A stretch of 45,612 nucleotides of DNA, from NCBI GenBank assembly GCA_028282585.1, contig JANQHR010000007.1:1-45612 (forward strand). The letters run 5' to 3'. The notes under the pieces were generated by a model, which made no database searches, had not been told where the DNA came from, and saw nothing but the letters and a program-made list of their open reading frames with translations. Source of the DNA: Bacteroidales bacterium (lineage in GTDB: Bacteria; Bacteroidota; Bacteroidia; Bacteroidales; UBA12077). Made by a program: the position numbers and the translations under genes. Shown one piece after another: positions 28,808 to 38,350 of the stretch. Every line of letters begins with the position of its first letter. The first letter of the stretch is position 1.

Positions 28808-31285
28808 GTGTTATTTCCTAATAATTTTGAACATAAAATAGGTTTTGATAAGATCCGAGATATGCTTAAAGGAGGATGCCTTAGTAATCTTGGTCGAATG
28901 CGAGTTGATAAAATTCGATTTTCAACAAAATACTCTTTTATTGAAACGCTTGTTAATCAAGTTGATGATTTTAAACAAATTATGTTAATGGAAGATGATT
29001 TTCCATTAAGTCATTTTATTGATTTAACTCCGGCACTCAAAAAAGTAAAAGTTGTAGGCACATATTTTCTTGCAGAAGAGTTATTCGATTTAAAACGATC
29101 ATTAGAAACAATCAAAGCAATTTTGAAGTTTTTTAAAGTTAGAAAAGAAGATGAAAAATATCTTCATTTGCAGAAACTAGCTGATAATGTTAAGCTTTAT
29201 CCATTTATTTTTGAAAGAATCGATTCAATTTTAACTAAGCAGGGTAAAATAAAAGATAATGCTTCACCAGACTTAAATAGTATTCGAAAGGACATTCGTG
29301 ATAAAGAAAGTTCAGTTTCCAAGAGATTACAACAGATTTTAAAAGATGCTCAAAAAAATGGTATTGTTGATCAGGATGTTTCTTTATCTATTAGAGATGG
29401 AAGAGCAACTATTCCTGTTGATGCATCCAATAAAAGAAAAATAAAAGGTTTAATTCTTGATGAATCGGCAACTGGAAAAACAACATATATTGAGCCAACA
29501 GAGATTGTTGAACTGAATAATGATATCAAAGAGTTATATTATGCCGAAAGGAGAGAAATTGTAAAGATTCTTACCCAGTTTGCTGATGATATAAGACCTT
29601 ACTTAGATGACTTAATGCTGGCGTACGAATATATGGGAACTATAGACTTTATTCGTTCCAAAGCTATGCTGGCAAATAGAATGAATGGAATTAAACCTAT
29701 ATTCAATGATCATCCGATGCTTGAATGGAAAAAATCTGTTCATCCCTTATTATATTTATCGTTTAAAGAGGAGGGAAAAACGGTTGTTCCTTTGGATATT
29801 GAATTAAATAATGATAATCAGAGAATTTTATTGATTTCAGGACCAAATGCCGGAGGTAAATCGGTTTGTTTGCAGACGGTCGGATTGCTTCAGTACATGT
29901 TTCAGTGTGGTTTGCTTGTTCCAATGAATGAGAATTCAGAAATTGGATTATTTCAAAATCTGTTTATTAATATTGGTGATGATCAATCCATTGAAAATGA
30001 TTTAAGTACATATAGTTCGCATTTGTTGAATATGAAGAGTTTTATCAAGTCAGCAAATAGCAAAACTTTGGTGTTAATTGATGAGTTTGGATCTGGTACA
30101 GAGCCTATGTTGGGTGGTGCCATTGCAGAAGCTATATTAGATAGTTTAAATCAAAGAAAAGCTTTTGGGGTTATAACAACACACTATACATCATTGAAAC
30201 ACTTTGCATCATCGGCTTTTGGAATTGAAAATGGAGCCATGCTTTTTGATACCGGTAAAATAGAACCTTTGTTTAAACTTTCGATAGGCGAACCCGGTAG
30301 TTCATTTGCATTTGAGATTGCAAGAAAAATTGGTTTGCCGGAAGATATTTTAAATAAAGCAACTGAAAAAATTGGAAAAGATCATATCGATTTTGATAAG
30401 AACCTAAAAGATATTATTCGTGATAAGCGTTACTGGGAGACCAAAAGAAATAGTGTTAGAAAGTCGGAGAAGAAGTTAGAAGAGCAAATTGCAAGGTATA
30501 CAGCAGAGCTTGAAGTAGTGGATAAATCACGAAAGGAAATTTTAAAGAAAGCTAAGGAAGAAGCTGAAATTCTATTGGCTGACGTAAATAAAAGAATTGA
30601 AAAAACTATTCGTGAAATAAAAGAAAGTAAGGCTGAAAAAGAAAAGACCAAACTTGTAAGAAAGAATTTAGCCGAATTTAAGGAAAAACTAACAGAGGTT
30701 GATACCGAAGAAGAAGCTAAAATTCAGAGAAAAATTGAAAAACTAAAGAACAGAGAAAAGCAAGGTAAGAAAAAAACTACTATTGAGGAAGTTATGAAAG
30801 AGGTTAAACCTGACCCTTATAAAATTGAAAAAGGAGATAAGGTTAAGCTTTTTGGACAAGATAATTTTGGTGAAGTTTTAGATGTGAATGGAAAAAGCAT
30901 AATGGTTGCTTTTGGAAATATGATCACTACTCTTGATGAAAAGAAGTTGGAAAAAATATCAGAAAAAGAATATAAAAAGCATACAAAAATTTCAATTACA
31001 AAAGCATCAAGCTATAATGATTTTGGTGAACGAAAACTAAAATTTAAACCAGAAATTGATGTTCGTGGTAAACGCGCCGAAGAAGCATTGCAGATTGTAC
31101 AAGATTTCATTGAAGAGGCTATCGTCATAAATATGGGAACCGTAAAAATTTTGCACGGAAAAGGCGATGGAATCTTACGTCAGTTAATACGTCAACACCT
31201 TGAAACTGTAGATGTCATTAAATCTTTTCGTGATGAAAGTGTCCAGTTTGGGGGCTCTGGGATTACCATTGTTGAGTTTGAATGA
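28808..31285 (+). CDS. mutS2: Endonuclease MutS2 (MutS ATPase, coiled coil, KOW-like region, Smr domain)
   Basis: DESATGKTTYIEP, Walker A ISGPNAGGKS, LSTYSSHL, IDEFGSGTEP, TTHY, GEPGSSFAFEIA, Smr motif ILHGKGDGILR and GGSGITIV. Confidence 0.96.
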   Translation: MLFPNNFEHKIGFDKIRDMLKGGCLSNLGRMRVDKIRFSTKYSFIETLVNQVDDFKQIMLMEDDFPLSHFIDLTPALKKVKVVGTYFLAEELFDLKRSLETIKAILKFFKVRKEDEKYLHLQKLADNVKLYPFIFERIDSILTKQGKIKDNASPDLNSIRKDIRDKESSVSKRLQQILKDAQKNGIVDQDVSLSIRDGRATIPVDASNKRKIKGLILDESATGKTTYIEPTEIVELNNDIKELYYAERREIVKILTQFADDIRPYLDDLMLAYEYMGTIDFIRSKAMLANRMNGIKPIFNDHPMLEWKKSVHPLLYLSFKEEGKTVVPLDIELNNDNQRILLISGPNAGGKSVCLQTVGLLQYMFQCGLLVPMNENSEIGLFQNLFINIGDDQSIENDLSTYSSHLLNMKSFIKSANSKTLVLIDEFGSGTEPMLGGAIAEAILDSLNQRKAFGVITTHYTSLKHFASSAFGIENGAMLFDTGKIEPLFKLSIGEPGSSFAFEIARKIGLPEDILNKATEKIGKDHIDFDKNLKDIIRDKRYWETKRNSVRKSEKKLEEQIARYTAELEVVDKSRKEILKKAKEEAEILLADVNKRIEKTIREIKESKAEKEKTKLVRKNLAEFKEKLTEVDTEEEAKIQRKIEKLKNREKQGKKKTTIEEVMKEVKPDPYKIEKGDKVKLFGQDNFGEVLDVNGKSIMVAFGNMITTLDEKKLEKISEKEYKKHTKISITKASSYNDFGERKLKFKPEIDVRGKRAEEALQIVQDFIEEAIVINMGTVKILHGKGDGILRQLIRQHLETVDVIKSFRDESVQFGGSGITIVEFE

Positions 31286-31298
31286 TCCTATTTTTTTG

Positions 31299-31306
31299 TA
31301 AATTTG
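31299..31306 (+). promoter_or_regulatory. Putative -7 promoter element for the glycan-modification genes
   Basis: TAAATTTG matches TAnnTTTG. It overlaps the TTG at 31304, which favours a translation start at 31328. Confidence 0.45.
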
Positions 31307-31327
31307 GATAAATCAAAACTAAAAGCA

Positions 31328-32629
31328 TTGATACTTTTATACACTCCAAAAACATCAACTAGATTAGAATATATCATAAAATTTTTGTTTAATGATATTC
31401 TCAGAACTGATCATAAAATTGTTACGGACAAATCTGTATTCAAATTATCAGATCTACCAAAAGTTAATTATTCAAATGAAGGTATTGAGAACTGTTTACA
31501 GATAATTCCAACAGGTCTACTTTTTGAGAAAAGTATATTACAAAAGAAAATTACGGTTAGTAATTGGGAGGGACAAAAAATCTTTTTTGAAACTTCCGGT
31601 AAAGATATACCTTTTGATTTGTTTGCTGCTAGTTTTTATTTGGTTAGTCGCTATGAGGAGTATTTACCTTTTAGTTCTGACCAGCACGGACGCTTTGAAG
31701 CAAATCAAAGTTTGGCTGGCCAAAATGGTTTTTTGTATGACCCTATCGTTGACCAATGGGTGTGCACATTATCAAAATTATTAAAGGAGAAGTTTCCCAA
31801 ATTTGAATCATGTAACCGAGAATTTAAATACATTCCAACCATTGATGTAGATAACGCATACGCATATTTGTACAAAGGAACCGTTAGAACAATTGGAGCT
31901 ACTATGCGAGATTTGTTTAAGCTTGATTTCAATGAAAATATAAAGCGGTTTCAAACTCTCAAAGGAGAAAAAGATCCTTATGATACCTACGGATACCTGG
32001 ATGCAATACATAAGAAGTATGAAGTGGAGCCCATATGGTTCTTTTTAGTTGGGAATTATAATACATACGATAAAAATCTTCCTTTAGACAATGTAACTTT
32101 CCAGGAACTTATAAAAGAGATTTCGGAAAAGGCTGAAGTTGGAATTCACCCTTCTTATGAATCAAACAAAGATTTTGATCAACTTAAAAAAGAGTTTGAT
32201 TATTTATCAGGAATTTCAAAAAGATCTATTGCAAAAAGTAGGCAGCATTACCTAAAACTTTTATTTACGAAGACATATCAGAATCTTATAGATTTAGGAA
32301 TTAAAGAAGACTATACATTAGGTTACAGTACTGATATAGGATTTAGAGCAGGAACTTGTACGCCATTTAATTTCTATGATTTATATAATGAAAAGGAAAC
32401 GGAATTAAAAATATATCCTTTCCAAATTATGGATGTTACGTTGAATGAATATTTAAAACTTAATGTTGATGAAGCCATAGAAAGAATCAGAGACATTATA
32501 AATAAAGTTAAAGAGGTAAAGGGGACCTTTATAAGTTTATGGCATAATGAGTCTTTGAGTGACCATGGACATTGGCAAGGTTGGGAACCAGTTTATAAAA
32601 AAATGCTTGAAATCATTTTTGAAAATTAA
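31328..32629 (+). CDS. Polysaccharide deacetylase family protein (CE4-like, with N-terminal extension)
   Basis: DLFAASFYLVSRYEEY, PTIDVD, EVGIHPSY, SRQHYL, GFRAGTCTPF, LWHN motifs. The ORF track starts at 31304; TTG at 31328 (MILLYTPK) is preferred. Confidence 0.85.
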   Translation: MILLYTPKTSTRLEYIIKFLFNDILRTDHKIVTDKSVFKLSDLPKVNYSNEGIENCLQIIPTGLLFEKSILQKKITVSNWEGQKIFFETSGKDIPFDLFAASFYLVSRYEEYLPFSSDQHGRFEANQSLAGQNGFLYDPIVDQWVCTLSKLLKEKFPKFESCNREFKYIPTIDVDNAYAYLYKGTVRTIGATMRDLFKLDFNENIKRFQTLKGEKDPYDTYGYLDAIHKKYEVEPIWFFLVGNYNTYDKNLPLDNVTFQELIKEISEKAEVGIHPSYESNKDFDQLKKEFDYLSGISKRSIAKSRQHYLKLLFTKTYQNLIDLGIKEDYTLGYSTDIGFRAGTCTPFNFYDLYNEKETELKIYPFQIMDVTLNEYLKLNVDEAIERIRDIINKVKEVKGTFISLWHNESLSDHGHWQGWEPVYKKMLEIIFEN

Positions 32630-32666
32630 CTTTTTAAATTAAGCATTAAATATTCTCATTGTAAAA

Positions 32667-33434
32667 ATGATAAACAGGTTGTTGAAAGAGGCATATAAAC
32701 TTATTATTCCCGAAAAAATTAGAATAGAAATTATATATCTTACTAATAAAATTAGAAGTCTTTTTTTAAGAGGTAATAAATTTTACTGTAATTACTGCCA
32801 AAAAGGATTTCGCAAATTTTTACCAAAAGGAAATATTAAGCGTAAAAATGCCATGTGCCCTAACTGCATGTCATTAGAAAGAACAAGACTTTTATTAGAG
32901 TATTTAAAAAATGAAACCGAAATTTTTAGTAAAGAATTAAAAGTTTTACATTTTGCTCCTGAAAGATGTTTATTCAAATTATTAAAAAAAGAGAAGCTAG
33001 AATATATTGATGGAGACATCAATCCGTTATTAGCACGAAATGTAATTGATATTACCAATATAAAGCATCTGAATAACTATTTTGATATAATAATTTGTTC
33101 TCATGTTTTAGGTCATATCCCCGATGAAAAGAGAGCTGTTAATGAGTTAAAACGTGTATTATCTCCAGGTGGTGAATTAATAATTATGTCATTGATTAAT
33201 TTTGGATTAGAAAAAACATACGAAAATTCCAATATAAAAACTGCTGGTGAAAGGTTAAATCATTATGGTGAACCTGACCTGGAAAGATTATATGGACGAG
33301 ATATTATTTCAAGATTGCAAGAAAGCGGATTAAATGTTGAACAAATTGACTATAGAGAAAAAGTAGATAAAAACTTAATCGTTAAACTTAACTTAGGAGA
33401 TGGTTGTAGAGAAATGATATATAAATGCACTTAG
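32667..33434 (+). CDS. Class I SAM-dependent methyltransferase with N-terminal CxxC/CxxC motif
   Basis: CNYC..CPNCMSLERTR, LHFAPE, DITNI, FDIIICSHVLGHIPD, RVLSPGG. Confidence 0.87.
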   Translation: MINRLLKEAYKLIIPEKIRIEIIYLTNKIRSLFLRGNKFYCNYCQKGFRKFLPKGNIKRKNAMCPNCMSLERTRLLLEYLKNETEIFSKELKVLHFAPERCLFKLLKKEKLEYIDGDINPLLARNVIDITNIKHLNNYFDIIICSHVLGHIPDEKRAVNELKRVLSPGGELIIMSLINFGLEKTYENSNIKTAGERLNHYGEPDLERLYGRDIISRLQESGLNVEQIDYREKVDKNLIVKLNLGDGCREMIYKCT

Positions 33435-33449
33435 AATTGGATTTAAAAG

Positions 33450-34424
33450 ATGTTAAAAACATTAATAAACATATCAAGAAAAAAACTTTTAATCCCACTT
33501 TATCATGCTGTTAGCGATGATTCTCCATTGCATATTAAATACCTTTATAAATTAAAGAACAGTAAAGAATTTGAATCAGAAATAGATTTTATTCTAAAAT
33601 ACTTTAAACCAATTCATCTCAATCAATTAATTGAATCAATTAATAATGAAAAACCTATAAAAAATAATTCCGTTCTATTTACTTTTGATGATGGATTAAA
33701 AGAAATACAAGAAGTTGTTTCTCCAATATTATTTAAAAAAGGTATTCCGGCTACTTTCTTTGTGAACAGTGCTTTTGTTGATAATAAAGATCTTTTTTAT
33801 CGTTATAAATCAAGTTTAATAATAAGTCAGATTGAAAAAGACGAAGACAAGTTAAAAAAAGCTTCAGACTACTTTAATTTGAGAAAGGAAAGTAATTTGG
33901 TAAAAAGAGCAATTCTCGATATTGATTATCTTAATAAAGAAACTCTGGATGAAATAGCTGATAAGGTTGGCATTAGTTATAAAGACTATCTAAGAGATGT
34001 TAAACCTTATCTAACGCTAAATCAACTTAAAAAACTTCAAAAGAAAGGTTTTTCTATTGGTGCACATAGTATTGATCATCCTGAGTATTACAAAATTCCA
34101 TATAATCAGCAAATTAACCAGACTTTAGTTAGTATACAATGGATAAACGATTGTTTTAAGCAAAAGTATAACGTGTTTGCTTTTCCATTTACTGATTATA
34201 AGGTTTCAAAAAGGTTTTTCGAGGAAATATTCAATAAACATGGGCAACTTGTTGATCTCTCATTTGGTTGCGCTGGTATTAAGGATGATTATCATAAAAA
34301 GCACTTACAGAGATTACCAATGGAAGCGGAGAAAAAATCAGGAAGCAACATTGTTATAAATGAATATCGGAATTATCTGCTTAAAAAACTGATATTTAAG
34401 AACGAAATAAAACGAAGTCAATAA
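33450..34424 (+). CDS. Polysaccharide deacetylase (NodB/IcaB-like)
   Basis: PLYHAV, FTFDDG, PATFFV, IGAHSIDHP and FAFPF catalytic motifs. Confidence 0.9.
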   Translation: MLKTLINISRKKLLIPLYHAVSDDSPLHIKYLYKLKNSKEFESEIDFILKYFKPIHLNQLIESINNEKPIKNNSVLFTFDDGLKEIQEVVSPILFKKGIPATFFVNSAFVDNKDLFYRYKSSLIISQIEKDEDKLKKASDYFNLRKESNLVKRAILDIDYLNKETLDEIADKVGISYKDYLRDVKPYLTLNQLKKLQKKGFSIGAHSIDHPEYYKIPYNQQINQTLVSIQWINDCFKQKYNVFAFPFTDYKVSKRFFEEIFNKHGQLVDLSFGCAGIKDDYHKKHLQRLPMEAEKKSGSNIVINEYRNYLLKKLIFKNEIKRSQ

Positions 34425-35341
34425 TGGATATTCAGCATTTAAAGCATGGCGAAATTAATTTTATAAAATGGGATTCGACAATTAAGAATTCCCGAAATAC
34501 TTTAATTTATGCACTATCGTGGTTCTTAGATATTGTTTCTCCAAATTGGGAAGCTTTAATTGTGGGGGATTACGAGATTATTATGCCATTAACTATAAAA
34601 AGAAAGTGGGGGATGCGATACGTATTTAAACCTTTCTTTGCTCAATTTTATGGGATTTTTTCAAAAAAAGAATTAAATGCAGAAGTTATCCAGGAATTTA
34701 TTGATAAAGCTTCTACAAAGGTTCATTATTTAGATATATGGTTGAATCCGGGTAATCCATTAAACAGGAGGCTGTTTAGTGAAGAAAGGAGGACGCAGGA
34801 AATACTTTTGATTGACGATTATGAGAAAATTAAAAAATGCTATTCAAGAAGCAATAAAAACAATCTTAAAAAAGCCGGAAAAGAAGGTCTTGAGATAAGA
34901 AAGGAGCCTAATGGTGAAATCGAAATTAATTTATTGCGCGGAATGTATTCCAGAAAAAACGTTGAAGGCTATAGAGAGGAAGATTTCTTGAATTTAGGGA
35001 AGATTTATGATCATTCGGTTAAAAGTAAAGAAATTAAAACAGATTTCTATACCTTGTATAAAGATAAAAAACCATGTGCAGCAGCATTTATTCTGGAATG
35101 GAATAAAAGAGCCATTATTTATCATGCGGCAAATGAAATCGGACGCAAATTACGTGCAATGTTTGTTCTAGTTGATGAGTATATAAAAGATCATGCCGGA
35201 CAAGATCTGGTGTTTGATTTTGCCGGGTCTAATATTCATGGCGTTGCAGAATGGAATGAAGGGTTTGGCGCTAAAAGTTTAAATTACCATGCAGTACACA
35301 TCAATAAACTACCAATACCTCTAAGATGGTTAAAACGATAA
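34424..35341 (+). CDS. GNAT-fold (FemAB-like) acyl/aminoacyl transferase-related protein
   Basis: IYALSWFLDIV, YSRSNKNNLKKA, C-terminal FDFAGSNI.GVA...GFGA; TAATG stop/start overlap with the upstream gene. Confidence 0.7.
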   Translation: MDIQHLKHGEINFIKWDSTIKNSRNTLIYALSWFLDIVSPNWEALIVGDYEIIMPLTIKRKWGMRYVFKPFFAQFYGIFSKKELNAEVIQEFIDKASTKVHYLDIWLNPGNPLNRRLFSEERRTQEILLIDDYEKIKKCYSRSNKNNLKKAGKEGLEIRKEPNGEIEINLLRGMYSRKNVEGYREEDFLNLGKIYDHSVKSKEIKTDFYTLYKDKKPCAAAFILEWNKRAIIYHAANEIGRKLRAMFVLVDEYIKDHAGQDLVFDFAGSNIHGVAEWNEGFGAKSLNYHAVHINKLPIPLRWLKR

Positions 35342-35342
35342 A

Positions 35343-35876
35343 TCAATCCCTGTATTTATCTAATTTTTTAATTACTTTAGCCGGATTCCCACCAATTAAT
35401 TGATTTCCTTCAGGAAATGATTTTGTAACAATTGCTCCCGCGGCAACAATAGTATGTTCTCCTAATTCAACACCAGCTAGAATAATTGATCCACTGGCAA
35501 TCCAAGAGTTTTTTCTAATTCGGATCGGTTTGTTTTCAGTGTATTTATTAAAGTCTTCTATATCATGATTTTGACTTATAATAGATATTTTAGGAGCAGT
35601 AATTACATTCTCTTCAAAGATTATTCCGCACCTGCCATCAATATAACATCCTGACCCATAACCAGGGTATTTATTTCCTCTTTGAATTTTTTCCGGACAT
35701 TTAATTTGTGATGTAAAATGAACAGGCCAAGGAACTGATCTGTTGTAGCCTAATATTTTTTGTCTGAATGCATATGTATATAACTCTTTTAGCGAATACG
35801 GAGATAGGTTTTTATTAATATCTTGGTATATTATTCGAAGAATTCGATAAAAAAATGATTTAATTAACATTTTCAT
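35343..35876 (-). CDS. Hexapeptide-repeat (LbH) sugar O-acyltransferase
   Basis: ISQNHD, IRKNSWIASGSIILAGVELGEHTIVAAGAIVTKSFP..IGGNPAKVIK. Confidence 0.9.
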   Translation of the reverse strand: MKMLIKSFFYRILRIIYQDINKNLSPYSLKELYTYAFRQKILGYNRSVPWPVHFTSQIKCPEKIQRGNKYPGYGSGCYIDGRCGIIFEENVITAPKISIISQNHDIEDFNKYTENKPIRIRKNSWIASGSIILAGVELGEHTIVAAGAIVTKSFPEGNQLIGGNPAKVIKKLDKYRD

Positions 35877-37131
35877 ATGTTTTCTTTATAATTCCATATC
35901 CGATAATAGCTAACACAATATATAAAAAACTACCAATAAATGAGAAATATAAAAGCATTACTTCAAAATTCTCTGCCTTTGTTATTAGGATAGTTGTAAG
36001 CACTATGCCTAAATAAATTATTTGCCATACCAATAAAGTCCCGTTTCTTCTTGTTAAAGCAAAAATGTTACTTACACTTCTCATTGCAAAACTGGTTATG
36101 GTTAAAGGAACTAGGTATCGTGCTATTGCCCCCGCAATTTTCCAATCTTTTCCCAAAACAAAAACAAACAATTCTTCGCCCCAAAATACAATTGGAATCA
36201 TAGTTATAATTGCAATAATAAAATTTCCAAAATAAGATATAAGATAGAGCCTAAGCTTTTTATTTGTTTCAGTAATCTTTTGGTAAAAAACCGTCATAAA
36301 TGCCTGGTTAATTAAATCAAGAGGGTAACTAATAACTTTTATGGCATTTGAATATTGTCCAACTAAACTAGTTGTAAAAAATAGTTTAAAAACAAAAATC
36401 AGTATATCTTTAGATATAGCGTTTAAGAATGCCATTGGGGCTGAGAAGTAAGGAAAATTCTTATTTATACTTAACTGTTTTTTTACTAAATCCGAACTTA
36501 TTTCTTTTAAGCTGTTTTTTTCTTCTTTGTAAAATTTAATTCCAAAAAGAATTTGTTGAACTCCTTGCCCTATGATATGACCAAAAAATAGCCCTAAAGA
36601 TTTAAAATTGAAAAGCAGTCCTAAAAAAATATTGACTCCAGAGTTAGCTCCGGATTTTGCAATTTTTAATTTGGCCTGCAACTTAAACTTCTTTTCTCTT
36701 GTATACCATTGAAAAAAAACGTTTCCTAATCCAACAATAAAAATGCTTAACGGTAAAAAATAAAAATAAGCGGGTTCAATAAAACTACTTAATCTATGAT
36801 CAAAGCTTTTTAAAGTTACTATTATCGCTAAGGAGATTAATGAAACTATCAATGTAATCTTAAAGGTTCCTTTGAAAATAGCTAATGCCTCTTGGCGTTT
36901 CTTAGGTAACATTATTGCTAACTCATATCTGCCCGTTGATATAGCAGCAACAATATTTGCCACGCTTAAGTATATGGCGATATAACCAAAATCCTCCGGC
37001 GTATAAATCCTTGTAAGTATTGGTATTGCTATTAAAGTAATTATTTGTGCAACAGATGCCCCAGATAATAAAGTGAAAACATTTTTTATAAATTCACTTT
37101 TTGTAATAGGATTTTTTTTAAGACTTATCAT
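35860..37131 (-). CDS. wzx: Wzx-type oligosaccharide flippase (polysaccharide biosynthesis protein)
   Basis: KNVFTLLSGASVAQII..PILTRIYTPEDFG, TGRYELAIMLP, many TM segments, VLGKDW..AG. Confidence 0.85.
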   Translation of the reverse strand: MISLKKNPITKSEFIKNVFTLLSGASVAQIITLIAIPILTRIYTPEDFGYIAIYLSVANIVAAISTGRYELAIMLPKKRQEALAIFKGTFKITLIVSLISLAIIVTLKSFDHRLSSFIEPAYFYFLPLSIFIVGLGNVFFQWYTREKKFKLQAKLKIAKSGANSGVNIFLGLLFNFKSLGLFFGHIIGQGVQQILFGIKFYKEEKNSLKEISSDLVKKQLSINKNFPYFSAPMAFLNAISKDILIFVFKLFFTTSLVGQYSNAIKVISYPLDLINQAFMTVFYQKITETNKKLRLYLISYFGNFIIAIITMIPIVFWGEELFVFVLGKDWKIAGAIARYLVPLTITSFAMRSVSNIFALTRRNGTLLVWQIIYLGIVLTTILITKAENFEVMLLYFSFIGSFLYIVLAIIGYGIIKKTYENVN

Positions 37132-37151
37132 TTAGCGAAATTATAAGTAAA

Positions 37152-37862
37152 CTATTCTTTTAAACTATCAAAATCAATTTCAGTATTTTGATCTTGTTCA
37201 AATAATTTACCATTTTCGAATTTAATTGTCCTGGAAGGAAATTTCTTAACCATGTTATAGTCGTGGGTTGCCATAATAACTGCTCTGCCATTATTACTTA
37301 TTTCAAGTAAAAGCTTCATTAAATTTTCTGAAGTTTCCGGATCAAGGTTTCCCGTTGGTTCATCTGCAAGAATTATCTCGGGATCATTTAACAAAGCTCG
37401 AGCGATAACAACGCGTTGTTGTTCTCCACCGGAAAGTTGGTGAGGCATTTTGTAACCTTTGTAACTTAAAGCAACCCGGTCTAGCACTTCTGAAATTCGA
37501 TCATTGATTTCTTGTTTATTTTTCCATCCTGTAGCCTTTAAAACAAATAAAAGATTATCGTAAACCGTTCTGTCTGTCAATAGCTTAAAATCCTGAAAAA
37601 CAATACCTAACTTACGTCTTAATAACGGAGTTTGCTTTACTTTAAGTTTTGTTAAGTCAAAACCTGAAACCCTTCCTTCACCATCTAATAAGGGAATTTC
37701 TGCATTAATCGTTTTTATTAAACTGGTTTTTCCAGTTCCAACCTTACCAATGAAATATATAAACTCACCTTTATTTATGGATAGGTTTATGTCTTTTAAA
37801 ATCAAATTATCCTTCTGAAATATATTTGCGTTTTCAAATTCAATGATTGTATCTAAAGCCAT
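37152..37862 (-). CDS. ftsE: Cell division ATP-binding protein FtsE-like ABC ATPase
   Basis: Walker A GKVGTGKTS, LRRKLGIVFQDFKLL, LSGGEQQRVVIARA, LADEPTGNLDP, ATHD; no adjacent ftsX. Confidence 0.88.
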   Translation of the reverse strand: MALDTIIEFENANIFQKDNLILKDINLSINKGEFIYFIGKVGTGKTSLIKTINAEIPLLDGEGRVSGFDLTKLKVKQTPLLRRKLGIVFQDFKLLTDRTVYDNLLFVLKATGWKNKQEINDRISEVLDRVALSYKGYKMPHQLSGGEQQRVVIARALLNDPEIILADEPTGNLDPETSENLMKLLLEISNNGRAVIMATHDYNMVKKFPSRTIKFENGKLFEQDQNTEIDFDSLKE

Positions 37863-37928
37863 ATTTATAGTTTCAAAGTTTATGGAATAATTAATTCATT
37901 TCTTATTATAGCAACAATTTTTAGGAAT

Positions 37929-38126
37929 CTATAACTTGTATAAAATTCCAAAGGGCGCTTGTTTAATTAAGCCCTGTATTTTTTCTTTGTAATCGTCAAG
38001 GCCGAATTTTTTAATCTGATTATCTGGATTATTAGTTCTGAAATGAGCTAATAATACAAAATTATCATCTCTAATTTGCACATAATCAGGTATTTTGTCG
38101 GTTCCTTGAGTTTTTAGAAAATACAT
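37929..38126 (-). CDS. Small hypothetical protein (65 aa)
   Basis: MYFLKTQG..KIPDYVQIRDDNFVLLAHFR resembles a small Bacteroidota family I recall but cannot assign a function to. Has its own TAnnTTTG element upstream. Confidence 0.75.
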   Translation of the reverse strand: MYFLKTQGTDKIPDYVQIRDDNFVLLAHFRTNNPDNQIKKFGLDDYKEKIQGLIKQAPFGILYKL

Positions 38127-38148
38127 GGTATGTTATTTGCTTTAATCA

Positions 38149-38156
38149 CAAATGTA
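38149..38156 (-). promoter_or_regulatory. -7 promoter element for the small ORF-ftsE-wzx unit
   Basis: Minus-strand TACATTTG matches TAnnTTTG, 22 bp upstream of the ATG at 38126. Confidence 0.55.
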
Positions 38157-38256
38157 GATAAAAAAACTTATTAATGAATTTTACTAATCTCGTAACGCAA
38201 ATAAAATATATTAACAATTTCTACCTTTTTTAATAAACACTAGAAAATATTTACAA

Positions 38257-38280
38257 TAATTAACAGTTTTATGTTAATTA
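38257..38280. promoter_or_regulatory. Perfect 9-6-9 palindrome, candidate operator in the divergent promoter region
   Basis: TAATTAACA-gtttta-TGTTAATTA. Confidence 0.4.
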
Positions 38281-38350
38281 AAAAGAATTTATAAACCAAT
38301 TGAAAAGGTTTATTCTTTATAAATTTATGCGAATTTCAAGAAGTGAATTT

